Notes: a model not told the origin generated them from the sequence alone. A DNA stretch of 64,000 nucleotides from a virus (IMGVR_UViG_3300020156_000001:106321-170320); one strand, 5' to 3'. Counted from the stretch's first letter, positions 9,587 to 19,324 are shown. Numbers and translations: made by a program.

Positions 9587-9714
9587 GAGAAGAATGAGGA
9601 CTCGAACCCCAGCGCCCAACACGTATCAGCACGATTTCGCTTCAACGCAAGGGGAATTGAACCCCTACCAAGCACGGCTAGCCTTTGCAGGTGTGCCCCA
9701 ACCCTGGTCTTCTC
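9587..9714 (-). ncRNA. 128-nt acceptor-stem plus T-arm RNA with a second internal T-arm
   Basis: GAGAAGA/TCTTCTC closing stem; AGGGG-TTCAATT-CCCCT and TGGGG-TTCGAGT-CCTCA. Confidence 0.55.
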
Positions 9715-10122
9715 TAATCGTCAAACTAGTAGATCATCTCCATCCAATTAAGTCGACGTCCTCGGACTTAAATGGTCTACCAATGTAACAACTATTGGAA
9801 TTATAGCTGATATGGAAAGTCTGTCAACCAGGCTACCAGTTGACAGACAAAGTATTAGATAAACGGATGGCGCTTTGCAACTTCGTGAATGTCCGAACGG
9901 TTCAAACCGATGTCGTTGAGTTCACGATCAGTGAGACGATTGAGTTCAGCAACTGTCTGGCGCTGCTTATTGTAACGCTTAACGGCGTTTTTGATATTCT
10001 CGAGCATTTTAGATTTCCTAAGTTTGTAACTTCCTCTTACTTAGAATTTATACTAAATGGTGCTCAAAAAGCTATACTGGTTCCGCATAGCTGGTAGCTA
10101 TATGAGTTAGGACTTAATTAGT

Positions 10123-10470
10123 TCAAGCATAGCGCCAAAGACTTACCGCCAGCCACATGCTGAGACGACGGATACGCCCCACGCCATCGCTTTTCAAAGC
10201 TTGATGAAATTGCGCACCTGCGGTGATACGATCCCAGCCATTTTCCAGCATGTGGTCGTGAAGTGCAGCGGCTTTTAAGTATGTGCGCTCATGTGGGGAA
10301 TAAAGCCAGTAAAGGAATGGTGGGATAGAAACTTCAAATGTAAAGCCCGCGGGGACCAAATACTGTGGACCATTGGGATGGCCAATATTCCAAACGAGGT
10401 CTTTATTGAGACGATACTCAATGCCTCCGACAAAAGTGAACGTTACAGTGGAATGTGTGAAATCGCTCAT
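10123..10470 (-). CDS. DUF1353-family protein
   Basis: VPAGF...SIP...AAALHD motif. Confidence 0.75.
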   Translation of the reverse strand: MSDFTHSTVTFTFVGGIEYRLNKDLVWNIGHPNGPQYLVPAGFTFEVSIPPFLYWLYSPHERTYLKAAALHDHMLENGWDRITAGAQFHQALKSDGVGRIRRLSMWLAVSLWRYA

Positions 10471-10545
10471 ATTGTCCTCCCCAGGCCCCAAAATATTTAC
10501 CGGGGGAGACGACTAAATAATCACATGTTAAATTAGGAGAAGGCA

Positions 10546-10737
10546 ATGCGTGTTTCAGAATTGCTTACAGAAGATGGCAAGATCGTCAAAGGCGTAAACA
10601 CTACCGTGGACGTTGGCGTTGATGAGATCGCCAAGCAAGCTAAAAAGTTTGGTAATGAAGTGAGTAAGATCGGCGTGCCAAACAACGATATGTGGCGTAG
10701 CGTAAAGAAGCCAAAAGGCCCTAAGCCTGTTCGGTAA
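10546..10737 (+). CDS. Small late/virion-like protein
   Basis: MRVSELLTED N-terminus, GGAG RBS, TAAATA upstream. Confidence 0.6.
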   Translation: MRVSELLTEDGKIVKGVNTTVDVGVDEIAKQAKKFGNEVSKIGVPNNDMWRSVKKPKGPKPVR

Positions 10738-10912
10738 ACAGCATCCGCACCCAAAGTGCAACTACGATCGGTGCTAAGATTGCAGCCCAGAGAAAAGCTC
10801 TGGGCGGTGCATACAAATCGTATGCAAAAACTCTAGGAGACATTGAGTGGATTTTCCACACGTGGATCAAACCTACCGCTATGCAAAACATCACGTAGAA
10901 GATCATGTCCAT
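10721..10912 (-). CDS. Small membrane protein
   Basis: 63 aa, two hydrophobic segments. Confidence 0.55.
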   Translation of the reverse strand: MDMIFYVMFCIAVGLIHVWKIHSMSPRVFAYDLYAPPRAFLWAAILAPIVVALWVRMLFTEQA

Positions 10913-10922
10913 CCCAAAGTGT

Positions 10923-10997
10923 TGGCTGGGGCTCCAGGATTCGAACCTGGGAATGCCGGTACCAAAAACCGGTGCCTTACCGCTTGGCGAAGCCCCA
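10923..10997 (-). tRNA. tRNA-Gln(UUG)
   Basis: Loop TTTTGGT, U1-A72, GCCA. Confidence 0.92.
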
Positions 10998-11005
10998 AAA
11001 CTCGC

Positions 11006-11227
11006 TTAATGCAAAGTCCGCTCTTTATGGTCTAAGTTGAAGCTTTTGTCAACAATTTGTTCCAAATATTCACGAGCAGAATCTTTATTGTCACTAACAT
11101 GAATCAGGTACTGAATTGCAAAACTCAACGTGTATGTGAGCATTTGAACAGCATCCATCTGATGCTCTTCCGCAACAGTTTCCAATGACTCGGCGATTGA
11201 ACTTGTAATAGATTTCTTTTCCGACAT
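11006..11227 (-). CDS. Hypothetical protein
   Basis: 73-aa ORF. Confidence 0.6.
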   Translation of the reverse strand: MSEKKSITSSIAESLETVAEEHQMDAVQMLTYTLSFAIQYLIHVSDNKDSAREYLEQIVDKSFNLDHKERTLH

Positions 11228-11264
11228 ATTCCTAATATATAGGAATAGCTCAATAAAATCAATA

Positions 11265-11591
11265 TTATATCCTGAGTTTAGCGATCATTGCCAGCTGTTT
11301 CATGTCCGGTGTGATCACCATAACATTAGAAATGCCAGCAGTGGTTGTAGTCTTGGGACGCTGATAAAAAGCTGAGGGATCAGCATGATACTGGATCAGT
11401 GTGGATGACAGCACGATTTCAAGATCCACACGGATTCGATATTCCGAGTAACCGCCGGCTTTGCTGTTGTAGATGCGGATAACTTTGGCGACAATAACTT
11501 CGCCTTGACCCGTACCAGACACCACATAGGAATCAACGTTTATTTCGTTGCCCAGGAGGTCGTATTGCTGCTCAACTGCTGGTGCTGACAT
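11265..11591 (-). CDS. Hypothetical protein, paralog family A (module only)
   Basis: YDLLGNEINVDSYVV...VAKVIRI; ends AMIAKLRI. Confidence 0.7.
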   Translation of the reverse strand: MSAPAVEQQYDLLGNEINVDSYVVSGTGQGEVIVAKVIRIYNSKAGGYSEYRIRVDLEIVLSSTLIQYHADPSAFYQRPKTTTTAGISNVMVITPDMKQLAMIAKLRI

Positions 11592-11643
11592 AGTTTGCTC
11601 CTTTTGAACAAACACTAACACGGAACGCCTGTATGTCAAGAAT

Positions 11644-11722
11644 TGGTGCCCCCGGAGGGAGTCGAACCCACAACTGACGCGGGGTTTAAATCCGCCGCCA
11701 CTACCAATTGGGCTACGAGGGC
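11644..11722 (-). tRNA. tRNA-Leu(UAA), short variable loop
   Basis: Loop TTTAAAC, A73, CCA. Confidence 0.8.
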
Positions 11723-12169
11723 TTAACCTGCTGCTAGGGCCATAAAGCCGTAGTCACGGTCCATAACACCATTAAGACTGGATATCCACAAGAGAGCATC
11801 TTCTTTACTCTTGAACCGTTTGATCAATCCACATTCGGATTCGTGACCAGTCAAATATAACACATATGGATGACATATTGCATATGATAAATCATCGTCA
11901 TCCGTAACCCAGTCAAAGAGGTCTTCCGCATATACTAGAAAGACACCAAAGAATCGGCGCCCATTGTGATATTCCTCGCCAGGAAGCCACCAGTCCTCAG
12001 GCATTTTATCTTCGAGAAACCCTTGAAACACAAAGGGGTTCTCAGGATATCCATATTCACCCTCGACGAGCATTTTAAACTCATCGGGGTTGGCAAGCTT
12101 CATCAGTAGAATATCATCGGACGATTGTATCATACCAGTACCAATAGCGCCGTAGATACCAAAGTTCAA
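11723..12169 (-). CDS. Hypothetical acidic protein
   Basis: 148-aa ORF. Confidence 0.65.
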   Translation of the reverse strand: MNFGIYGAIGTGMIQSSDDILLMKLANPDEFKMLVEGEYGYPENPFVFQGFLEDKMPEDWWLPGEEYHNGRRFFGVFLVYAEDLFDWVTDDDDLSYAICHPYVLYLTGHESECGLIKRFKSKEDALLWISSLNGVMDRDYGFMALAAG

Positions 12170-12303
12170 TTTCTAACGCAAAGCTTCGTAGATGATAATA
12201 CCAAGCAGAGCCAGTTTAGGACCGCCGATAATGATGCCTAAGACGATACTTGCAAATATGTCTTCGCCTTTGGGACCACCAGGAAAATGATAATACATTT
12301 GAT

Positions 12304-12657
12304 TTACTCAGCTGGAGTGGTCACCCGAATATAGAAGCCGATAAGCCCACGCGAAGTGCGATTTGCATCCTTTAGTGGAACCACGACTTCCTCTTTGGCT
12401 TTTTCATCCCACTTTGTGCAAGTGTAAGTAAGCCATTCGCCGAGGGTTGTTTCAAGCTGACCAATCTCAAAGGGCTCTTGAGTTACTTTGGAAATCGAAC
12501 GGGTAATAAACCCTTTCTTTCCCTTTTTCACCCAAGCCATAACGCTTTCGCCGCTGCCGGATGATCGAGCAACAAATTCAATTTTTCCACCAGCAGCAAG
12601 GGCATCCGAACAAATCCGTCCGTGGCGTGGATTTGTAAACTCGATTTTCTGTTTCAT
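12304..12657 (-). CDS. Hypothetical protein
   Basis: 117 aa, ATG abuts upstream TAA. Confidence 0.7.
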   Translation of the reverse strand: MKQKIEFTNPRHGRICSDALAAGGKIEFVARSSGSGESVMAWVKKGKKGFITRSISKVTQEPFEIGQLETTLGEWLTYTCTKWDEKAKEEVVVPLKDANRTSRGLIGFYIRVTTPAE

Positions 12658-13092
12658 TTAAACCTCTACGATCTTTCCCTTAAGGAATTCATCATGATTG
12701 GGTCGGAAATCGTCTTTAAAGATAGCCCAAACCACCGGAACTTTTGCTATGCCACTCATCAACGGCGGATTAAAGAATCCATCCGTAATTATCACCAGCA
12801 AATCCGGCCTTATACCCCTAATGAGCATGTGAGCCCAGTTTACTTCAATGTCGGTGCCGCCACCTATAGGAAGATGTTTTTGAACGCGATAGATTTTTCC
12901 CGGCGCATATGTGGCGGAATATTCCATCATTACTCTGGTATCAAAGCACCAAAAGTCCAACCGAATGGGATGATCAGCAAGTTGATAATCAATCCAATCA
13001 AGTGCCCGTTCCTTTTGCTCATCAAGAGTACCACCGGAACAATCCAGTGCGATAGCAATGTGCTGAGCATTTGAAAGGTCAAGCTTAACCAT
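12658..13092 (-). CDS. vWA-like domain protein
   Basis: IALDCSG...GGGTD...LLVIITDG MIDAS-type motifs. Confidence 0.75.
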   Translation of the reverse strand: MVKLDLSNAQHIAIALDCSGGTLDEQKERALDWIDYQLADHPIRLDFWCFDTRVMMEYSATYAPGKIYRVQKHLPIGGGTDIEVNWAHMLIRGIRPDLLVIITDGFFNPPLMSGIAKVPVVWAIFKDDFRPNHDEFLKGKIVEV

Positions 13093-13164
13093 ACGATCTC
13101 CATCTGTTAGTACCAAGCTAACATAGGAAACCAGTTTGTCAATACGTGATATTTTTAGGGAGTT

Positions 13165-13240
13165 TGGTGCGCGATAACGGACTTGAACCGCTGACCCGAG
13201 CCGTGTAAGGACCCTGCTCTACCAACTGAGCTAATCGCGC
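13165..13240 (-). tRNA. tRNA-Val(UAC)
   Basis: Loop CTTACAC, CCA. Confidence 0.92.
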
Positions 13241-13491
13241 ATTTTAAAGTTGAAGCCCAGGCGAGGTTTCCTCTCAATCCCTCACACCGTCATGTCCACC
13301 GGAGTGGATCATATAATTCATAATTGACTTAACCGCAACCAAATATAAGGAAAAGTACCCGTATTGCTGGGCCCAGCTCGTATAAAACCTTGTCAACAGC
13401 ATCCTAATGTGCTGCCTATTCCTTACATTTCTGTGCTTCAACTTATACCACATATTAACGAACCGTATGGTTAACGTCAATATAAAAGTTA

Positions 13492-13566
13492 TGCCTTTAA
13501 TAGGATTCGAACCTATATCCTCGAGCTTATCAACCTCGCCGTTTTCTCCGTTTAAACTACAGAGGC
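13492..13566 (-). tRNA. Degenerate tRNA-Ile(GAU), no encoded CCA
   Basis: Loop TTGATAA, T arm ATAGG-TTCGAAT-CCTAT; acceptor extended by flanking pairing. Confidence 0.55.
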
Positions 13567-13833
13567 ATAACCTTTGTAGATCCGGACCAATATTTTGGTT
13601 ATCTCCGGATCATATTTAAAGCCCGCGAGTAACAGATCTTTTTGTATCTCAATCTGATGCCGCTGACCTTTGTCGAGCTCAACCCAACCCTCGCCATGCG
13701 CGACTACGATACTATCGTCGGTGCCCACTCGCATATAAGCGGGCATCTTAGCCGCTGGCACGTGGCCCATTACGATGATAACGGTGCCATCATCGTATAG
13801 TCCGAATGAGGGTTTATCGGTTGAGGAAGTCAT
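13552..13833 (-). CDS. Hypothetical protein
   Basis: 93 aa; 3' end overlaps degenerate tRNA. Confidence 0.6.
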   Translation of the reverse strand: MTSSTDKPSFGLYDDGTVIIVMGHVPAAKMPAYMRVGTDDSIVVAHGEGWVELDKGQRHQIEIQKDLLLAGFKYDPEITKILVRIYKGYASVV

Positions 13834-14707
13834 CTAGCTCCTGCGAGAATTTAAAGCCTGCGGCCACGAGATCATCGATAACCTGTTGCTTGGTGATTGT
13901 CGGCGGATACAGATGGCCAACTGCCATACCATCTTCCCATACAGCAAAGTAGTTTTCAGCATCTTCGCCCAAATAGCTGGGAAGCCTAAAGCCACGCTTT
14001 TCCAGTACGTGCTCCAAGTGACTGTCTATGATATGACCGTCACGGGCGAACTGTTCAGGAGTACCAAAGCTTGCAACAATTCCATCGCCGTTATCTGGTG
14101 CTTGCTTTTGGTCAAACACGCCAAAGATGACATCGCCGCCAGCGAGAATTTCCTTCTCATAGGCGGTCAACTCTTCATCATCATCGGCTTCAAGATCTGC
14201 GTCAATGCGTTCTTGATCCAAGTGGGCTTGCTTATAAACGGGACCACCGTAGTCCTCGTTGAGGTCATTGGCCATATCCAAATCGAATGAGAACCCACCG
14301 GCAACCATATCAGAGACTAGCTTGTCCCTGCTGTGGAGACCAGCATCGCAACCCCATTCGGTTTCATCGATCTGTCTCAGATATGGAGGAAGCGTTTTGC
14401 CAATATAGGAAAGGATGTTTACCAGCCCCTCGCTGGATTCTCCCACCTTGAAGTAGAAGGGTTCTGCAATGCGAATGATGAGATCATCTTCACTCTGCGC
14501 AATGCCGAAAATGATCTTCTCGCCATTGTAAAGTTGAGTGTCTTGGGTTTCTCGGTGCGTGTAAGCGTTGATGATCACGCCCGACTTTGGTTCACGGAAC
14601 TCACGTAGTTCATACGTGCTGTCAATCCGTACTTTACTCAAACGCTTCCAGTCGGCAGTGCCGTAGATAGTGTTGAGCTGTTCTTTGATGATGTCACTTG
14701 TACTCAT
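13814..14707 (-). CDS. Hypothetical acidic protein
   Basis: 297 aa, GGAGATCGC RBS. Confidence 0.8.
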   Translation of the reverse strand: MSTSDIIKEQLNTIYGTADWKRLSKVRIDSTYELREFREPKSGVIINAYTHRETQDTQLYNGEKIIFGIAQSEDDLIIRIAEPFYFKVGESSEGLVNILSYIGKTLPPYLRQIDETEWGCDAGLHSRDKLVSDMVAGGFSFDLDMANDLNEDYGGPVYKQAHLDQERIDADLEADDDEELTAYEKEILAGGDVIFGVFDQKQAPDNGDGIVASFGTPEQFARDGHIIDSHLEHVLEKRGFRLPSYLGEDAENYFAVWEDGMAVGHLYPPTITKQQVIDDLVAAGFKFSQELDDFLNR

Positions 14708-14762
14708 GCGATCTCCCCTTGCGGAGCCCTTATATAGCGGCTTTGGAGATCGAGATCAAGCC

Positions 14763-15212
14763 TTACTCGGACACCCAGCCGCAAGCTACCCATTCGGTCT
14801 TCTTGCTTGCTTCTGCCTTGCGGAGACGGGCAGCCTTGATCTTTGCGTAAAGCTTTTCAATGGTCTTCTTCGTTTGCGCCTTAAACTTTTCGTCGTTGGA
14901 GCGCCAGACCATCTGGTTGAGTTCGCGGGCTTCCTTAAGCCAACGCTCAATTGTTGGGGAATCCTTGAACACCTTCATCTGCACCATGTAAGCGACATCT
15001 TTGTCGTTGAGGTTGGTGATGAAAGCTTGCATATCCTCGTACAAGTTGAAGACCTTTGTGGTCCAAACAATCTGAGAGAATTCAGCGGCCGATCCAGTGT
15101 AGCCGCCGTGGCCACGTTCGTGCTTGGCTTGCTTGACTGTCTTCCAGAAATTCTTCGTGAGAGCTTCGCGATCTTTGCCCTTAACAGTAAAGCTGCAATC
15201 CGTAGCACCCAT
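14763..15212 (-). CDS. Hypothetical protein
   Basis: 149 aa, GGAGATCGG RBS. Confidence 0.75.
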   Translation of the reverse strand: MGATDCSFTVKGKDREALTKNFWKTVKQAKHERGHGGYTGSAAEFSQIVWTTKVFNLYEDMQAFITNLNDKDVAYMVQMKVFKDSPTIERWLKEARELNQMVWRSNDEKFKAQTKKTIEKLYAKIKAARLRKAEASKKTEWVACGWVSE

Positions 15213-15277
15213 TTCCGATCTCCTTTGCGTTTTCCGTATTATCAGAATAACACAATTCAGGAAGCCGTCAACCGATT

Positions 15278-15718
15278 TTATACCTGAATTGAAACAACAC
15301 GATTCAGGACAAATGCTGGGAACTTGCTGGCCATTGTTGCCTCAGGGCAAACCATAATCACACCAGCACCGCCAGTGGAAAAGTAATTGCGGATCATTAC
15401 CAGCGTAGGCACCGGAGTAAATGCGCGTTTGAACCAGCCGGAAACGTTGAGGATCAACACCGAGTTGTTGTTGAGGTGCGCTGCGCGATGCTCCTTGAGT
15501 ACCTTGTTGAGCTTTTCTGCGAGAGTTTTGGGGTTACCAAAATCGCCGCGATCGACGTCGATAATGTGACGTTCAAGATCAAAGTAGGAGACGGGTGTTC
15601 CAAGCTCGGAGAGTGTTTCGCGAATGTCCTTTACAATCGCCGTATCATCGGCGCCAAAGATTGCAGCATTTGGAAACTGTCCACGTGCAATAACACCGGT
15701 AAAGATTTTTGTTTCCAT
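15278..15718 (-). CDS. Hypothetical protein
   Basis: 146 aa, GGAGATCG RBS. Confidence 0.75.
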   Translation of the reverse strand: METKIFTGVIARGQFPNAAIFGADDTAIVKDIRETLSELGTPVSYFDLERHIIDVDRGDFGNPKTLAEKLNKVLKEHRAAHLNNNSVLILNVSGWFKRAFTPVPTLVMIRNYFSTGGAGVIMVCPEATMASKFPAFVLNRVVSIQV

Positions 15719-15728
15719 TTCGATCTCC

Positions 15729-16010
15729 TTAAAAGTCCGCCTTGAGCATTAGCGTTTTTGCGTCCCACCGCACATGCAAACGTCCCCAGCTTTTATCCTT
15801 TGCGTCGTGAGGATTTGCCATGATCACATCGTACATGCCATAACCCCATGCGTCTTGCCCCGCATAACGGGCGTCAGCAATAACAAAGTCACCATAGCCA
15901 GCGTTGGCGTGTGCTTGGGTTAGTTGATCCTTTGTGAGATTTGCCGTGAGAGGAAGCGTGGGCTGTTCCGGTGCAGTGATCACTTTGAACTCCTTAGGAA
16001 AGCTTTGCAA
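15729..16010 (-). CDS. Hypothetical protein
   Basis: 93-aa ORF. Confidence 0.65.
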   Translation of the reverse strand: MQSFPKEFKVITAPEQPTLPLTANLTKDQLTQAHANAGYGDFVIADARYAGQDAWGYGMYDVIMANPHDAKDKSWGRLHVRWDAKTLMLKADF

Positions 16011-16815
16011 GCATTGCGTTGGTCTTGGTCTTATCGTTAATTACCAGCATCTTGCTGCCGTTCACAGCGGACACTTCCTTGCCTTCAGCAAGCTTAACAT
16101 AAGCTGTTTTGCCCGTTGCCGTAAAGCGCGTAACAACACCAACCTTCATTTCAAAACCAACAACCAAAGCAACAAAGTCGCCAGCGTTGACTTCAACACC
16201 CAGCATATCGATATAAGTTTCCTTCTTTGCCGCAACCCGAGCCTGGCGTTCCTTCTTGGAAACCTTAACAAACAAGTTAACGGTTGGGCCTTCGTAACCT
16301 TGGAGCCACGTAAAGCCGCGAGGATCTTCAACACGCTTAGAATCATACCGGCAAGTAAAGTCCGCCGGCTTTACAATCTTGCCGTCGTCCATTTGCAGCG
16401 TGAATGCAGTGTACCAGCTGCTCGCATAGTAAGCGATAAAGCCTTCGTAGGAATGATCGATCGAAATAAGTTTGCCTTTAGATGCAGCTTCACGCTTTTC
16501 AATGCCGTTGATGATCATGTCGTTCATCTGACGATGGTGTTCGGGAAGAACCAGTTCGCCACTCTTGTACTTGGCGAACAATTCGCGAGACATAAACGCC
16601 CGCGAGTTCAAATATTGGGGGTCGTATTCAAACACAACCTTACCAATAGTGCCGGAACGTGCCGAACCTTCAAGCCGAACATACTGGGTGCCGTTGAGAG
16701 CAGCGATCAAAAACTCGGTCTTACGAGTACGTTCCAGTTCAAACCGGTCGGAGATCGAACCACCGTTATCTTCAATGTTGAAGTACCCGATAAATGCGCG
16801 CTCAACAGTTGCCAT
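15994..16815 (-). CDS. Hypothetical protein, paralog family A
   Basis: 273 aa; IDMLGVEVNAGDFV...VGVVTRF; ends AMLAKLS. Confidence 0.8.
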   Translation of the reverse strand: MATVERAFIGYFNIEDNGGSISDRFELERTRKTEFLIAALNGTQYVRLEGSARSGTIGKVVFEYDPQYLNSRAFMSRELFAKYKSGELVLPEHHRQMNDMIINGIEKREAASKGKLISIDHSYEGFIAYYASSWYTAFTLQMDDGKIVKPADFTCRYDSKRVEDPRGFTWLQGYEGPTVNLFVKVSKKERQARVAAKKETYIDMLGVEVNAGDFVALVVGFEMKVGVVTRFTATGKTAYVKLAEGKEVSAVNGSKMLVINDKTKTNAMLAKLS

Positions 16816-16880
16816 GTGTTTCGATCTCCTTTGTTCCTATGTTCTGAATTTAACATAGAATAGGAAGGTGTCAACCGCTT

Positions 16881-17174
16881 TTACAATCTGAGTTTGAATT
16901 CCAGCATTTTATTGCGGTCGAAAAACTCAATTACCGGACCTTGGCTGATAAAGATGCCTTGTTGGTAATTGCGTGTTTCGTAATGGATTATATGAGTGGA
17001 GAGACCTATTTCCTCACGGAGTTCCTGGAACTTAACATCAGCAAACATCCAACGTTTCCCACGCTCTGACCAATAATAATGGCAATGAAAATCCCTTAGC
17101 ACAAATGCTAAGGGTTTCTTGTCCAGATCAATGTAGGAAAAAGAAGTCTTTCCAACTTTATGGGGTGGGGTCAT
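16881..17174 (-). CDS. Hypothetical protein
   Basis: 97 aa, ends MLEFKLRL. Confidence 0.65.
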   Translation of the reverse strand: MTPPHKVGKTSFSYIDLDKKPLAFVLRDFHCHYYWSERGKRWMFADVKFQELREEIGLSTHIIHYETRNYQQGIFISQGPVIEFFDRNKMLEFKLRL

Positions 17175-17186
17175 TGGAAAGTACCT

Positions 17187-17275
17187 TGGAGGAGCAACAC
17201 GGAATCGAACCGTAACCCTTTCGGATCCAAAAGCTTAGCAAGCTCCGCTAGCGTTCCCAGGCTAGATGATGCTCC
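17187..17275 (-). tRNA. tRNA-Ser(GCU)
   Basis: Loop TTGCTAA, long variable arm, CCA. Confidence 0.88.
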
Positions 17276-17430
17276 AAGATGATGCGAAATATTTTGGGTA
17301 TCAATCCACATCACAATCGACTTTTACGCATTTGCGCGTACCCGCATAACTATCCGTATTTATAGTTGATACTTAGTTGGATGTCAACCTTTGGTACCAA
17401 CTTCCTGCATCTTTGTTTCCACTTCATCAG

Positions 17431-17604
17431 TCATTTAGCAGGTGTCCCCACAACACAAATAGCGCCACTGGTTCCACGAGCTTTTACTTGACCCTCAGGG
17501 CAAGTTAACTGCGAACCCTTGTAAACTTCATAGCCAAGCCATGCAGTCAACGCCCCGTAGAGGATCAGGTAAACAAGGGATGGAACTTTCTTTTTCTCAG
17601 ACAT
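17431..17604 (-). CDS. Small membrane protein, TM-CP...C family (not in ORF track)
   Basis: MSEKKKVPSLVYLILYGALTAWLGYEVYKGSQLTCPEGQVKARGTSGAICVVGTPAK, 57 aa, GGAG RBS. Confidence 0.7.
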   Translation of the reverse strand: MSEKKKVPSLVYLILYGALTAWLGYEVYKGSQLTCPEGQVKARGTSGAICVVGTPAK

Positions 17605-17662
17605 GATGGTCTCCTATTCGCACAAACTAGCATAGGAGACCTTTGATATCAAACAAAAGGAT

Positions 17663-17739
17663 TGGCAGGGGCAGAGGGATTCGAACCCCCGACACATGGT
17701 TTTGGAGACCATTGCTCTACCTGGCTGAGCTATACCCCT
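17663..17739 (-). tRNA. tRNA-Trp(CCA)
   Basis: Loop CTCCAAA, GCCA. Confidence 0.92.
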
Positions 17740-17804
17740 AGATTGTGAACTGGCCCCACCACACGCCGTTCACACAACACAACCTTGTAACTCTCCGTTT
17801 TTAG

Positions 17805-18260
17805 TGGAGCAACAAATCTGTGTTTTACCTTTAAAGGGTGCTGGGGAAGGAGCAAGCTCGACCTCCCCAGCTATCCGATCCTACCGTGCGCGGCTAGACC
17901 ATGCACCTCGGATCGAATGGGGTGGTCTAGGACGAGGAGTCGTTCCTTACTCAAGTCCTAGACCAAGAGAGTGCGTGTCCGGTAAGGGGGGCTGCACTCT
18001 CTGTTCGTTCCCAGGGAGAGCCAAGACTCTTCCCTGGGGGATCGCCGGTGACCTCTGCGGCGGCGCGGGTCACAGCAACGATTCTTAAAGGATCCGGAGG
18101 AGACACTCAGGGGTCCTCATATCTCACTCCGGCCATCCAGGCGACCTTTATGCCGAAGCAAATTTGCGCCTAGATTCGAATTAGTCCGGAAGCAACCTTG
18201 AAGTTAATCGTCAGATAAACTAGCCACTTCCGGTGCTAGAGAAGCCGCGTAAACTCCTCT
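17805..18260 (-). ncRNA. Large multi-hairpin structured RNA candidate (~450 nt)
   Basis: At least 8 helices plus long-range closing pairs, between tRNA-Asn and tRNA-Trp; no credible CDS. Confidence 0.7.
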
Positions 18261-18270
18261 AACCTCTTTT

Positions 18271-18345
18271 TGCTCCCCGACCTGGGCTCGAACCAGGGAC
18301 AATTCGATTAACAGTCGAATGCTCTACCAACTGAGCTATCGGGAA
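18271..18345 (-). tRNA. tRNA-Asn(GUU), incomplete CCA
   Basis: Loop CTGTTAA; ends G-CA-AAA. Confidence 0.85.
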
Positions 18346-18541
18346 AAACACAGCAACAAAGTGTTGTCCAGCCTTGTAGTGGTCCCTAGAGGTCTAGGGC
18401 TCTCACAACCTAAGTTGCTTTGCTGTTAAGCCTTGTCCAGCTGAACAACACTTTGTTGCTGCATCATGTTCTTGTTATAGCAAAGGAACTCTGTGTGCGT
18501 CAATTATTTTTTAAAGTTATTCACAGCCTTAGATCGATCGC

Positions 18542-18916
18542 CTAAGCGTTCTTTACGATGAACGCAACATTGCGGTCCTTGGTGTCGATAAAGTAGGTTT
18601 TCGACGCATCGTAGGGATTTACAAAGGCACTTTGTGCATAGCTTACATTGCCGTGGTTGCCGATCTGTTCATAAACAAACGAGCGACAGAAGCAAACAAA
18701 CCCTATACCAACAAGCTCATTTACAAGCTGAGTTATCTCGTCGGAAAGCTGCATGGTATCAGTGAAGGAGATTTCTACCTCTTCATCACCGAAGAAGCTA
18801 TCCAATACTAGGATTGGCTTGGATGCCTTACCATAGAGGTAATCCGATTTAGTGCCAACGTTTTCGGAGCCGAACTGATTACGAACGAGATTGAGAATTT
18901 TACGTGCGTTCTTCAT
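18542..18916 (-). CDS. Hypothetical protein (MKNARK paralog)
   Basis: 124 aa; similar to adjacent ORF. Confidence 0.75.
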   Translation of the reverse strand: MKNARKILNLVRNQFGSENVGTKSDYLYGKASKPILVLDSFFGDEEVEISFTDTMQLSDEITQLVNELVGIGFVCFCRSFVYEQIGNHGNVSYAQSAFVNPYDASKTYFIDTKDRNVAFIVKNA

Positions 18917-18927
18917 CTTCGATCTCC

Positions 18928-19251
18928 TTAAGCGTTACGCACGCAAATCTGGGATGCCATCTGTGTTACGTGGAGTTCACCCTTGTACATGCCGATCACA
19001 ACGCTGCTCGACACTACAAAGCCAGCGTCAACCAGTGCTTGCGTTACAGCTTCTGCGTCCGAATAAAGACCACGGAAAGTGCGGCCGTTGTCGTCGTACT
19101 GTTCAGGATAGTGGACCACAACATGGTCTGCTGGAGTGGAGTCGAAAGTGATTAGTTGGATATCACCAAACTTGACCTTGCTGATCGTGTTAACGCGGTC
19201 TTCGCCGAAAGTTTCTTTGAGAACCTTAAGTGCTTTGCGTGCGTTCTTCAT
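18928..19251 (-). CDS. Hypothetical protein (MKNARK paralog)
   Basis: 107 aa from RBS-supported ATG. Confidence 0.75.
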   Translation of the reverse strand: MKNARKALKVLKETFGEDRVNTISKVKFGDIQLITFDSTPADHVVVHYPEQYDDNGRTFRGLYSDAEAVTQALVDAGFVVSSSVVIGMYKGELHVTQMASQICVRNA

Positions 19252-19324
19252 TTCCGATCTCCGCTTTGTTGTTGTATCCAACATAGCATATTCAGGAAGA
19301 ACGTCAACCAGAATTATTCCTGGA

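Noticed and set aside
12658-13092. vWA protein as Ro60/Rsr partner of the Y-like RNAs
   Set aside because: Only about 145 aa with no TROVE domain.
17804-18088. 94-aa plus-strand ORF in the structured region
   Set aside because: No RBS, low-information sequence; dense helices are better explained as RNA.
17805-18260. tmRNA or RNase P identity for the large RNA
   Set aside because: Ends in GCTCCACTA but has no adjacent T arm, no G3-U70 acceptor and no ANDN-type tag frame; no GAGGAAAGUCC or P4 motifs seen.
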